DNA of 48,058 nt from an uncultured bacterium (lineage in GTDB: Bacteria > Fidelibacterota > Marinisomatia > Marinisomatales > TCS55). A model generated the notes under the pieces. That model was not told the origin of the DNA, did no database searches, and saw only the letters and a list, made by a program, of their open reading frames with translations. The position numbers and the translations under genes were made by a program. Position 1 is the stretch's first letter, and each line of letters opens with the position of its first letter. The DNA is taken from contig CAYLUE010000005.1 of the NCBI GenBank assembly GCA_964386795.1, positions 1 to 48,058 of the forward strand, written 5' to 3'. This document shows positions 9,353 to 18,805 of the stretch, piece by piece.

Positions 9353-10426
9353 ATGATTGAACGTAAAAAAACTAGAGAAGTAAAGATAGGTGATTTAATT
9401 ATTGGTGGAGAGCATGCCATCGCTGTCCAGTCAATGACCACTACCAAAACTCACGATATTACAGCAACCTTAAAAGAAGTGGAAAGGCTTGAAGAAGCTG
9501 GTTGTCAAATTATACGTATTACAGTTCCAGATAAGCCTTCCGCAAAAGCTCTTTATGAAATCAAAAAACGTATGAATGTTCCATTGGTTGCTGATATTCA
9601 TTTCAATTATAGAATGGCTTTAGAGGCGGTTGATGCCGGGGCTGATAAAATTCGTATCAATCCAGGTAATATTGGTGGGAAAAAACGCGTTAAAGAAGTA
9701 TTAGATAAAGTAAAAGGAGCTAACCTCCCCATTCGTATTGGTGTTAATGCAGGAAGCCTTGAAAAAGATTTATTAGAAAAATATAACTTTCCAACTGCGG
9801 AAGCTATGGTGGAAAGCGCTAAAAGACATATCGACATATGCAAAGAACATAATTTTGAGGATATTATCGTATCTCTAAAAGCATCAGATGTTAATTTGAT
9901 GATTGGCGCCTACAAGCTTTTTTCAGAAAAATACGACTATCCACTACATTTAGGTGTTACAGAGGCAGGCCCAACTAAGTCCGGTACCGTTAAATCAGCG
10001 GTAGGGCTTGGAACACTATTAGCAGCTGGAATTGGAGATACGATTAGAGTTAGCTTGACCGATGACCCTGTTGAAGAAGTTCGCGTTGGTTTTGAGATAT
10101 TAAAATCATTAGGACTCGCAAGTAAAGGAGTTACTATTGTAGCTTGTCCTACATGTGGTAGGCTAGAGGTAGATTTATTTAAAATTGCAGGCGAAATGGA
10201 AGAGAAGTTACAGGATGTTAAAACTCCAATGACGGTAGCATTGATGGGATGTGCTGTAAATGGACCCGGAGAAGCAACACATACTGATCTTGGAATCGCA
10301 TTTGGTAAAGGCGCAGGACATTTGTATTATCAAGGTGAAAATCGCGGTAGAGTTTCTGAAGATAAGGCGATTGAGAAGCTCGAAGAGATGATTGATGAAT
10401 TTGAATTATCAAAAAAAGAAGATTAA
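9353..10426 (+). CDS. ispG: 4-hydroxy-3-methylbut-2-en-1-yl diphosphate synthase (flavodoxin)
   Basis: Has [27 protein letters not shown], and the Fe-S cysteines CPTCGR ... GCAVNGPGE. Length is that of the bacterial short type. Confidence 0.95.
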   Translation: MIERKKTREVKIGDLIIGGEHAIAVQSMTTTKTHDITATLKEVERLEEAGCQIIRITVPDKPSAKALYEIKKRMNVPLVADIHFNYRMALEAVDAGADKIRINPGNIGGKKRVKEVLDKVKGANLPIRIGVNAGSLEKDLLEKYNFPTAEAMVESAKRHIDICKEHNFEDIIVSLKASDVNLMIGAYKLFSEKYDYPLHLGVTEAGPTKSGTVKSAVGLGTLLAAGIGDTIRVSLTDDPVEEVRVGFEILKSLGLASKGVTIVACPTCGRLEVDLFKIAGEMEEKLQDVKTPMTVALMGCAVNGPGEATHTDLGIAFGKGAGHLYYQGENRGRVSEDKAIEKLEEMIDEFELSKKED

Positions 10427-10427
10427 T

Positions 10428-10868
10428 ATGAAATATATATTAGTTACACTATTTTCGTTAACCCTGTGTTTTGCGCAGGAGAAAAAACAAGAAGTTCAAC
10501 CTAATGCAATTGCGGTATACTGGAAAACCCTTGATCAGGACGATAAAGAAATCTTTTTATTCTCCTATCTGACTCAAGTATACGATACCCATCAAAATAT
10601 GATTAAAGATATGGGTTATGGTGATATTACCACTTGGTATTATGACAATAGAGCAGAGATGATATATGGAATATTTGACCAGGTTAATCAGTCAGGTATG
10701 GCAGAATTTATAGGTTGGATTGATGAATATTATAGCAATGAAGAGTTTTCGGGAAATAGTTTTGATGATGCTCTTTCATTTGCATTCCGTTTTCAGCAGG
10801 CCGCTGGTGAAACTATGTGGGAAAAATACGAAAATTTAAAGTTTGGAAAGATAAAGCCTAAAGACTGA
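10428..10868 (+). CDS. small secreted protein, unknown family (paralog of 46457-46888)
   Basis: Signal peptide [17 protein letters not shown], using the ATG at 10428 rather than the track start at 10392. It shares YW..L....K..F and (I/L)D.(Y/F)YSN....... (D/E)AL segments with the ORF at 46457. Confidence 0.6.
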   Translation: MKYILVTLFSLTLCFAQEKKQEVQPNAIAVYWKTLDQDDKEIFLFSYLTQVYDTHQNMIKDMGYGDITTWYYDNRAEMIYGIFDQVNQSGMAEFIGWIDEYYSNEEFSGNSFDDALSFAFRFQQAAGETMWEKYENLKFGKIKPKD

Positions 10869-11053
10869 TGGCGCGATTTAATCCAAAATTCATTAATGAA
10901 TGGTTGGAGATCAGACGTGAGGGGGGTTTTAAATTATTATTACGAAAAAAAGGCTGGTATGTAATTCTAGCTATCTCCCTTTATTATCTTGTTCGAGATT
11001 CAATTTTATATATTTTAATTCCATATTTGATTTATAAAGGCTATTTCTCATAG
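10868..11053 (+). CDS. small membrane protein, hypothetical
   Basis: 61 aa with a hydrophobic stretch (WYVILAISLYYLV...ILYILIPYLIY). The start overlaps the upstream stop (TGATG). Confidence 0.45.
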   Translation: MARFNPKFINEWLEIRREGGFKLLLRKKGWYVILAISLYYLVRDSILYILIPYLIYKGYFS

Positions 11054-11054
11054 A

Positions 11055-12809
11055 CTATTTTACTAGCGTTATTGGTTTCCATATCTCTGTAGATCCATCA
11101 GAGGCTTTGATAAAATAAACACCAGATCCAACAAATGACCCCTCATCGTCTTTGGCATCCCATTTATAGTTATAACTTCCAACTGGCAATACACCTTGAT
11201 AAAGACTTGTTATTTTTCTTCCAGTTATATCAATGACAATGATATTGAGCGAAATTTGATCAAGCGCATTAATAGAAAATGAAGCAAAATTATTAAATGG
11301 ATTTGGATAGGGGCTAGATAGATTAAATGAAGCCGGCAAGTTAGCATCCGTACCTCTTTTTCCATCTTTGAACGTCAGTCTGTAATTCCAATCTTGCCCA
11401 ACAGTATCCTTGCTTACAACTGATAAATAAATTGATTTATAATCAATTGGATCAATATTGACTGATTGATTGGAAATCACCATATAGGAATTGTCATTGC
11501 GCTCTAAGATGGCATTGAGTTGTAAGTCGCCATTAGGTCCATTTATATTTTTTATATCAACTAAAACAGGATCTATTGAAATAATCTTTATGTACTGCGA
11601 TGCATATCTATTTAATCGTGAAGATTCAATAAAATCTTGGTTACCGGATTGATAATTGATTGTTTTATATATTGCTGGACCATTAACCGGGTATCCGTCA
11701 GCTTCTTCGTATTTGAAATTAGCAGCTATTGATTCTGATGACATAATTTTATTTGCTACAGACATAGCATTGAGAGCTTCTTTGAATGTATGCCCATTTA
11801 GATTTAAGGCTTTATTAATTGCTAGATGTGATCCATCCTTTTTATAGCTATCATTTTGTACAGAAAATTCGAATATATTTTTTAATAAACTGTTCCCACC
11901 CATATGTTGCTCTATATATTCAAAAAAGATAAATGACCCATATGCATGAGACCCTTCTTCATCTAATGACCTATGCGGATATCGAAACCAATCTCTCATA
12001 TACTGATATACATCATTTATGCTATCATAAATTTCTTCTTCCATCCAAACCGCGGTTGCTTCGAGAAGCCATTGTTTTTCCCATCCATCGTAACCCAATT
12101 GAATTGTGTGAAAAAATTCATGCGCAATTGTAGTTTGGATATTTTCAAGCTCTGAAAGTTGGTTAAAGTTTGTATAATTATTTCGCATAGCCATATAGCT
12201 AGTAATTGCATTTTTTTCTATTATTTCAGATGTTTTTTCATTATCACCATTTCCTTGAGCATATTGTTCAAATTGTACATATCCATAGAAATTTGATGAT
12301 AGTTGACGGACATAGATATCATAGTGCCCTGAGCCACCCTTATCATAATCGTTTGAGTAATGTCCATCTCCTGGCGGTTTTACAAAATCCATATCATTAT
12401 GAATTTTTTGTGCTACAAAGTCAAAGATTTCAGCCATAGACTCAATATAGTCAGGTATATTATTAGAGTTCTGATCGATATTACTTACAGCGTTCCTCCC
12501 GGATGTTGTGTAATGTATTCTAAAATAGTTTATATCATAAAACTTATCTAAACCCACTCCTTCAGCTCGCTGTAATCCTCCACGCGAAACCAAGGCGCGA
12601 TTAAAATTAAACCCTAAACTCTTTAGTCTTTCCTTGGTAGTTGAGTCAAGTAGATGCCCATTTCGAGCTATATCAAGCAGGTATGGTGTTACGTGTTTAT
12701 CTTCTATAGGTTCATTATTAAAACCGTCAATCACCATATTAGCTGATTGGGTAATATTTTGAGCATGTATGGTATAGACAAATAATAAAAAGAAAAAAAA
12801 TATTTTCAT
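11055..12809 (-). CDS. secreted HExxH zinc metalloprotease with C-terminal Por/T9SS-type sorting (FlgD-Ig-like) domain
   Basis: Has a signal peptide and the HEFFH motif (TTIAHEFFHTIQ). The C-terminal ~90 aa (SSPYPNPFNNFASF...GVYFIKA...ITLVK) matches the T9SS CTD pattern. Confidence 0.8.
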   Translation of the reverse strand: MKIFFFFLLFVYTIHAQNITQSANMVIDGFNNEPIEDKHVTPYLLDIARNGHLLDSTTKERLKSLGFNFNRALVSRGGLQRAEGVGLDKFYDINYFRIHYTTSGRNAVSNIDQNSNNIPDYIESMAEIFDFVAQKIHNDMDFVKPPGDGHYSNDYDKGGSGHYDIYVRQLSSNFYGYVQFEQYAQGNGDNEKTSEIIEKNAITSYMAMRNNYTNFNQLSELENIQTTIAHEFFHTIQLGYDGWEKQWLLEATAVWMEEEIYDSINDVYQYMRDWFRYPHRSLDEEGSHAYGSFIFFEYIEQHMGGNSLLKNIFEFSVQNDSYKKDGSHLAINKALNLNGHTFKEALNAMSVANKIMSSESIAANFKYEEADGYPVNGPAIYKTINYQSGNQDFIESSRLNRYASQYIKIISIDPVLVDIKNINGPNGDLQLNAILERNDNSYMVISNQSVNIDPIDYKSIYLSVVSKDTVGQDWNYRLTFKDGKRGTDANLPASFNLSSPYPNPFNNFASFSINALDQISLNIIVIDITGRKITSLYQGVLPVGSYNYKWDAKDDEGSFVGSGVYFIKASDGSTEIWKPITLVK

Positions 12810-12928
12810 TTTTTATCAGGATGTTGTGACTTGCTCTGTTTTTTATGTAGATAGAATCTGATATATATACTCATCAGCAAAACACCAATTATATAGAAAA
12901 TTGCATAATATGGAAGAAGGTCTTTCAT
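12806..12928 (-). CDS. 40-aa single-TM peptide (not in the ORF track)
   Basis: My own translation is MKDLLPYYAIFYIIGVLLMSIYIRFYLHKKQSKSQHPDKK*. It fills the only gap in the operon exactly. The ATG lies 2 nt after the upstream stop, and its TGA overlaps the protease ATG (ATGA). Confidence 0.55.
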   Translation of the reverse strand: MKDLLPYYAIFYIIGVLLMSIYIRFYLHKKQSKSQHPDKK

Positions 12929-12930
12929 TG

Positions 12931-13473
12931 TTAATTGACCAATAATCCTATGATTGCTATCGTAGTTATAAAATATAGAGCAGTTTTGTTATTAAAAATT
13001 AGTGACTTCAAAGTCATTTGTCTTTTTTGTTTTTCAATATTATTATTTTCAATATAAGTCAAAACCTTTGAGATAGGATAGCGAAGAGAGGCAATAATCG
13101 TTGAATCACGATTATCATGGTAGAATTCAAATTGCTCCACAGGATTGATTGATCTTAACCCTAGCTGTAGCGATTCCTCAAGTTGGATTATTTCTAAATC
13201 AGTAACGCTATCTACTTTTGGTGTATTATTAAGAGAAAGCGTATCCCCTCTTGCATTATAAATTGTTATATAGGACCATGAAGTCGATGCATTATACCAT
13301 CCAGTTATTTGAGAAGTTTGTATTTTTATATCAGAATAAATATTTATTGAAATCCCATTTTGTTTTGAAACGATTTCAATTTTATCAATAATTGATTCTT
13401 GTCCATTCAGCGATGTACCTATGAATAAAATAAAAAAAATTGATCTATATATGATGTTTCTTCTTATAGTCAT
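12931..13473 (-). CDS. hypothetical envelope protein (N-terminal signal/anchor, beta-rich AMIN-like middle, C-terminal TM)
   Basis: Hydrophobic N-terminus IFFILFIGTSLNG, a beta-rich domain, and a terminal TM segment ALYFITTIAIIGLLVN. Confidence 0.6.
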   Translation of the reverse strand: MTIRRNIIYRSIFFILFIGTSLNGQESIIDKIEIVSKQNGISINIYSDIKIQTSQITGWYNASTSWSYITIYNARGDTLSLNNTPKVDSVTDLEIIQLEESLQLGLRSINPVEQFEFYHDNRDSTIIASLRYPISKVLTYIENNNIEKQKRQMTLKSLIFNNKTALYFITTIAIIGLLVN

Positions 13474-13747
13474 CTATTCCTTTATTAAATCCTTCAGTAA
13501 GGGCTTCCATAACAGTGTCGCTTCTTATATTATTAATCATGGCTAAAACCATAATTGGATATACTTCTTCAGGTAAAAAAAACTCCAAGGATTCAAAGGG
13601 GTCTTCAATATCTAATATATCATCTATAGATAGCCCAGACTCTAATTTTTCCTGAAGATTATCCTGAAGAAGAAAAATATAATTTCTAAAATCTTCATTG
13701 TTGAATTTCAATATATCACTAGTTGATGTTTTAATTATTTTTGTCAT
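13445..13747 (-). CDS. small acidic cytoplasmic protein, hypothetical
   Basis: 100 aa, Asp/Glu-rich, with no signal peptide. It overlaps the next gene by 29 nt. Confidence 0.55.
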   Translation of the reverse strand: MTKIIKTSTSDILKFNNEDFRNYIFLLQDNLQEKLESGLSIDDILDIEDPFESLEFFLPEEVYPIMVLAMINNIRSDTVMEALTEGFNKGIDDYKKKHHI

Positions 13748-13842
13748 ATTGTAATGAAAATTTAGTTCGAAAATAGAGATGTTTGAAATGGTGATTTAGC
13801 CATTGAACACCATTCATAATCCAAGGTAATTTCAACCCTAAC

Positions 13843-15402
13843 ATGAGAAAATCTCGGATCATATTTCTCATCATTATAATGGCCCTTCTTGATAAGGCTA
13901 CGCTTAGCGCCCAAGTGAAAAATCAAGGCGCTATTGGTTCTGTGACCATTGATGGCAAGGTTTGGAATCAAATTGCAATGCGACCTGTAATTCCATTTGG
14001 AAAATGGGCAGTAGCGCTAGACTTAGTAATTTATTTTGATGCTGAGGGAAATATTCATTCAGATGAATGGAATTTTTCTTCCCCGAATTCCATAAAAAAT
14101 AGTTTAATTGATAAAATATATTACATTAGGTATGGACTTCCAGGCGATCCCCTTTTCGCAAAAATTGGTGCTTTAGATAGAGTGGATCTAGGTTACGGAA
14201 TTCTTGTGAACGGTTATTCAAATTCAATTTTATATCCTCAAGAACGTAAGATTGGAGTGAATGTTGAGAAAAATACTTCTTCAATGAAAATTCAGGCTTT
14301 TTCTAATGACCTCAAAGAGAATATGGGTTTATTTGGAGGAAGAGTTAGTACTCGCAAAGTAATGGGTCTTCCGATAGGTATTTCATTTGTATCTGATCGT
14401 AACCAGTATCTTGGCTTGCGTGATAACGATAACGATGGACGCCCCAATATCGTAGATGATTTTCCTAATGATGGGTCTTGGTGGCTCGATACAGATGGTG
14501 ATGGCTTATCAGATTATGACCCCAATGAGCGGGATATAGATGGCGATGGAATTACTGATACTTTGGATAGTCGTATACCGGGATATATAGGCGACCCACT
14601 AGTTCTTGATGAAGATATTAGAAAAAAAGATGAACCGATTAATTTAAGTAAAGATGCAGATGAAATTATGGCTATCGCTATTGATTTAGGTTTTCCTATA
14701 ATAAAAAAAGATAATTTTTCTGTTACAGTCTATTCACAAGCTGCCCAGATGATTGGAAAGACACTTCATCCTGGAACCGGAGATTACCAAGAACTTGGCA
14801 CTGGAATAATACCATTTGGAGTTTCATCGCGATTTGGACCATTGAGTTTTAATTTTGAATATAGGATGATGCCTGAGGGTAGGTTTGAATTTAATTATTG
14901 GAATCGGTTATATGAAATTGAACGTATAAGTTTTACAAAGAACAATTCTAATCAAATCCTATTACGAACAAAAGAGTCTAGACTAGGAAGGTTTGGTAAG
15001 CAAAACGGGTACTTTTCAGGGGCTTCATTAAATCTGGGGAGTATTTTTCAAGCGAATATATCTTATCATGATATGATGGGCAATCAATGGTCTGATAAAG
15101 AAGCTAGGTTTTTGGAAAGCAAAAATCAGACATTTCTCGCCTCGTTGAAGCTAAAAAAGTCAATTAGCCGAATTCAACGTGCATCTGCATTTTATCAACA
15201 AAGAAATGTCCCTAATCCATTTAAATTTGAATATACTGAAAGTACAATTATTGGATATAATCTAGGAATTTCTATGGGACAAGGATTGGTTTTAAATTAT
15301 ATTTTCAGACGCTCTTTTCGCGATTATAACGCTAATGGGCGCATAGATGGTAATTCTGAAATGATTGATATTACATCTATTGAAACATCTTTTTCATTTT
15401 AA
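13843..15402 (+). CDS. outer-membrane beta-barrel protein with thrombospondin-type-3-like Ca-binding Asp repeats
   Basis: Has a signal peptide, a DNDNDGRPNIVDDFPNDGSWWLDTDGDGLSDYDPNERDIDGDGITD insert, and the terminal residues ..SFSF (OMP signature). Confidence 0.7.
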   Translation: MRKSRIIFLIIIMALLDKATLSAQVKNQGAIGSVTIDGKVWNQIAMRPVIPFGKWAVALDLVIYFDAEGNIHSDEWNFSSPNSIKNSLIDKIYYIRYGLPGDPLFAKIGALDRVDLGYGILVNGYSNSILYPQERKIGVNVEKNTSSMKIQAFSNDLKENMGLFGGRVSTRKVMGLPIGISFVSDRNQYLGLRDNDNDGRPNIVDDFPNDGSWWLDTDGDGLSDYDPNERDIDGDGITDTLDSRIPGYIGDPLVLDEDIRKKDEPINLSKDADEIMAIAIDLGFPIIKKDNFSVTVYSQAAQMIGKTLHPGTGDYQELGTGIIPFGVSSRFGPLSFNFEYRMMPEGRFEFNYWNRLYEIERISFTKNNSNQILLRTKESRLGRFGKQNGYFSGASLNLGSIFQANISYHDMMGNQWSDKEARFLESKNQTFLASLKLKKSISRIQRASAFYQQRNVPNPFKFEYTESTIIGYNLGISMGQGLVLNYIFRRSFRDYNANGRIDGNSEMIDITSIETSFSF

Positions 15403-15408
15403 TGAAGT

Positions 15409-18000
15409 ATGAATAGTAAAGATATAAGAAACGCATTTATAGATTTTTTTAAGGAAAAAGATCACAAATTTGTACGCAGTTCTCCTGTGGTGCCAATTGA
15501 TGACCCTACCTTATTATTTACGAATGCTGGAATGAATCAGTTTAAATCGATATTTCTAGATCAAGAACAACCAGATTTCTCTCGTGCCGTAAATAGCCAG
15601 AAATGTATTAGGGTGAGCGGAAAGCATAATGACCTTGAAGAGGTGGGGGTTGATACATTTCACCATACTTTTTTTGAGATGCTTGGAAATTGGTCTTTTG
15701 GTGATTACTATAAAGCCGAAGCGATTCAATGGGCTTGGGAGCTTTTTACTGAGGTTTGGGGTCTAGATAAAAATCGTTTATGGGTTACGGTTTATCATGA
15801 AGATAGTGAAGCGTTCGATCTTTGGCCAAAAGTCACAGATATCGCCCCAGAGCGTGTATTAAAATTTGATAAAAAAGATAATTTTTGGGAAATGGGTGAA
15901 ACTGGACCTTGTGGACCTTGTTCTGAAATTCATTATTTTATTGGAGAGGATATCAAAAGCCAGTCTCCAAAAGGAGTCAATGCTTCAGATCAATACTGGG
16001 AGTTATGGAATTTAGTTTTTGTTCAACATAATCGACTTTCCGATGGTACACTTGAGAACTTAAATAATATGCATGTTGATACCGGGGCAGGTTTTGAGAG
16101 AATTGTTTCAGTTATGCAGGGCCAATTAAGTAATTATTCGACAGATTTATTTCTACCAATTATTGCAAAAATAGAAAGCGTTACTGGAAAAACATTTGAT
16201 AAAAATCCTGTTCCATTTCAAGTTATTTCAGATCATTTACGTATGCTATCCTTTGCCATTGCTGATGGAGCATTGCCCAGTAATGAAGGCAGGGGATATG
16301 TCGTAAGGCGTATTCTTCGCCGAGCTGCACGTTTTGGAAGATCGCTTGATATGAATCAGCCATTTATATATGATCTAGTTGGCACTTTAGGGCAAATTAT
16401 GGGCGATACATTTCCTGAAGTAATAGATAAGAAAAGTCACATAGAAAAAATTATAAAAAGCGAAGAATCATCATTTAACGATACGCTTGATCGCGGACTT
16501 TCTCATTTTAATAAAGTTATTAGCAATACATCTGGGAAAATAATATCTGGTAGTGAAGCATTTAAATTATATGATACCTATGGATTCCCATTGGATTTGA
16601 CGCAGCTTATGGCAAGAGAAAAAGGACTCTCTGTTGATCAGTCTGGCTTTGAAGAAGAGATGGATCAGCAGAAAAATAGAGCAAAATCAGCAGAAAAATT
16701 TAGCGCGAATACTACCAATCTATCTTGGAATCAATTTAAAGATATTGATGATTCCATTTTTAAGGGATACGAAACGATTTCATTATCGGCTGAAATTGTA
16801 CGTTATGCATCCGTTAATGAATCCTACCTTGTTGTGCTAGACCAAACACCATTTTATGCGGAGTCTGGAGGTCAAATTGGAGATACGGGATCCATTAAAG
16901 GTGAAGGCGTTGATTTAATAGTAGAAGATGTTCAGTTGGATGGTGACACTTATGTACATTATTGCTCTGGGACCTTAAATAAAGATATATCAAATGTTGA
17001 ATGTATAGTGGACAAAGAAAGACGCCAGCGCATTAGAAAAAATCATACAGCAACGCACCTCATGCATCGCGCATTAAAGATTGTTCTAGGTGATCATGTA
17101 CAGCAAGCAGGCTCATTGGTCCATCCGGATTATTTAAGGTTCGACCTAACGCATTCTGAAAAAATATCAAAGGATGAAGTTAGAAAAATAGAAGATATTG
17201 TTAATAGTGAAATATTGATAAATAATAAGTTAGACGTATCTATTAAAGCATTTAATGAAGCTAAGGAAGAAGGTGCTGTTGCTATGTTTGGTGAGAAATA
17301 TGGCGACCAAGTTCGGGTGATTACTGTAGCTGATTTTTCAAAAGAACTTTGCGGAGGTACGCATGTTGATCGTACAGGCGATATTGGATTATTTAAAATC
17401 ATAGAAGAATCATCTCTTGCATCTGGTGTACGTCGAATTGTTGCGGTTACCGGACCTAAGGCTGTTGAATATGTTCAAGATCAAATTTCTACCTTAGATC
17501 AGGTTAAAGAGCTTCTAAGTTGTAATGTTGATTCAATTTCTGATCGATTAGATCAATTGATAAATGATAAAAAAACTTTAGAACGTGAATTAAAAAAACA
17601 AAAGAAATCAAATTCAACTTTTGATGTTGAATCCTTGCTTAAAGAAAGCTTGGTATATAATGATAAAACAATAGCTATCAAAATGACAGATGCTGACAAT
17701 ATGGATGATCTAAAAGATTTTGGCAATATGCTACTTAGCAAATTAGAAAATGGAGTTGGTGTGCTTGGTGCATATTCAGATAAGCCAATGCTTGTGATTG
17801 TTGTCTCGCAAGAATTGATTGAGATGGGTATTAAAGCGGGTGATTTAGCGCAGCAAGTAGGAAATATAATGGGAGGTGGAGGTGGAGGTCGTCCAAATCT
17901 AGCAACCGCTGGTGGAAAAGATAAAAAATCACTTAAACTTGCTTTAAGTAAAGCAAAAGATATAATAATAAAAAATATTGAGGAAAAAAATGCAATATAA
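15409..18000 (+). CDS. alaS: alanine--tRNA ligase
   Basis: 863 aa with FTNAGMNQFK, the HTFFEMLGNWSFGDYYK class II core, the HTATHLLH-type editing motif (HTATHLMH) and a C-terminal GGGGG(R)P DHHA1 region. Confidence 0.97.
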   Translation: MNSKDIRNAFIDFFKEKDHKFVRSSPVVPIDDPTLLFTNAGMNQFKSIFLDQEQPDFSRAVNSQKCIRVSGKHNDLEEVGVDTFHHTFFEMLGNWSFGDYYKAEAIQWAWELFTEVWGLDKNRLWVTVYHEDSEAFDLWPKVTDIAPERVLKFDKKDNFWEMGETGPCGPCSEIHYFIGEDIKSQSPKGVNASDQYWELWNLVFVQHNRLSDGTLENLNNMHVDTGAGFERIVSVMQGQLSNYSTDLFLPIIAKIESVTGKTFDKNPVPFQVISDHLRMLSFAIADGALPSNEGRGYVVRRILRRAARFGRSLDMNQPFIYDLVGTLGQIMGDTFPEVIDKKSHIEKIIKSEESSFNDTLDRGLSHFNKVISNTSGKIISGSEAFKLYDTYGFPLDLTQLMAREKGLSVDQSGFEEEMDQQKNRAKSAEKFSANTTNLSWNQFKDIDDSIFKGYETISLSAEIVRYASVNESYLVVLDQTPFYAESGGQIGDTGSIKGEGVDLIVEDVQLDGDTYVHYCSGTLNKDISNVECIVDKERRQRIRKNHTATHLMHRALKIVLGDHVQQAGSLVHPDYLRFDLTHSEKISKDEVRKIEDIVNSEILINNKLDVSIKAFNEAKEEGAVAMFGEKYGDQVRVITVADFSKELCGGTHVDRTGDIGLFKIIEESSLASGVRRIVAVTGPKAVEYVQDQISTLDQVKELLSCNVDSISDRLDQLINDKKTLERELKKQKKSNSTFDVESLLKESLVYNDKTIAIKMTDADNMDDLKDFGNMLLSKLENGVGVLGAYSDKPMLVIVVSQELIEMGIKAGDLAQQVGNIMGGGGGGRPNLATAGGKDKKSLKLALSKAKDIIIKNIEEKNAI

Positions 18001-18415
18001 AGAAGATGGCGATACCTACATTATCTATGTTGAGCAAAATGAAGCAATTATGAAAACCTTAACGTCTTTTTGCAAAGAAAAGACGATTGATAATGCACAG
18101 CTTTCAGGTATTGGAGCTATTAAAGATATTGAGGTTGGTGCTTATGATTTAGAAAATCAAGAATATATCACTCAAAACTTTACAGATATTTGGGAATTGA
18201 CTTCATTCCAGGGCAATGTTTTATTAAAAGATGGCGAACCATTTATTCATGCACATATAACAATATCAGACCATCAACTACAATGCAAGGGAGGTCATTT
18301 ATTTGAAGCAAAAGTTGCTGCGGTTGGCGAGTTTATTTTGCATAAAATAAACTCAGATGGTAGAAGAGATTATGATTCAAATATTGGACTTGCCTGCATG
18401 TCTTTTAATGTTTAG
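17990..18415 (+). CDS. PPC (DUF296) domain protein
   Basis: MQYKEDGDTYIIYVEQNEAIMKTLTSFC...GEPFIHAHITISD is typical of the bacterial PPC/DUF296 fold. The ATG at 17990 is preceded by GAGGAAA and overlaps the alaS end by 11 nt. Confidence 0.75.
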   Translation: MQYKEDGDTYIIYVEQNEAIMKTLTSFCKEKTIDNAQLSGIGAIKDIEVGAYDLENQEYITQNFTDIWELTSFQGNVLLKDGEPFIHAHITISDHQLQCKGGHLFEAKVAAVGEFILHKINSDGRRDYDSNIGLACMSFNV

Positions 18416-18424
18416 GAGTATAAA

Positions 18425-18805
18425 ATGAAAAAAATAATTACTGATGCCCATGCGCCAAATCCGATGGGTTCATATAATCAAGCTACTGTTGCAAATGGCT
18501 TTGTATTTACTGCAGGGCAAGTTCCGATTGACCCAGATACTGGACAGATGGTTGATGGGGGATTTAAAGATAAAGTTCACCAGGTTTTTAAAAATTTATC
18601 AGCTATTCTTGAACGCGCAGAGTCTGATTTATCAAAGGTTGTAAAATTTACTGTGTTTATAACAGATATGTCTCATTATGCAGAGGTAAATGAAGTGTTC
18701 AATGAATGGTTAGATGAATCATCTGCACCTGCTCGATCATTAGTTTCAGTTAAAGAACTACCTGGTGGCGCGGATGTTGAGATTGAATGTATCGCTTTAC
18801 ATTAA
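18425..18805 (+). CDS. ridA: RidA/YjgF family reactive-intermediate deaminase
   Basis: 126 aa with GSYNQATVANGFVFTAGQVPIDP and a C-terminal ARS.V.V..LP.GA.VEIE.IA segment. Confidence 0.9.
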   Translation: MKKIITDAHAPNPMGSYNQATVANGFVFTAGQVPIDPDTGQMVDGGFKDKVHQVFKNLSAILERAESDLSKVVKFTVFITDMSHYAEVNEVFNEWLDESSAPARSLVSVKELPGGADVEIECIALH

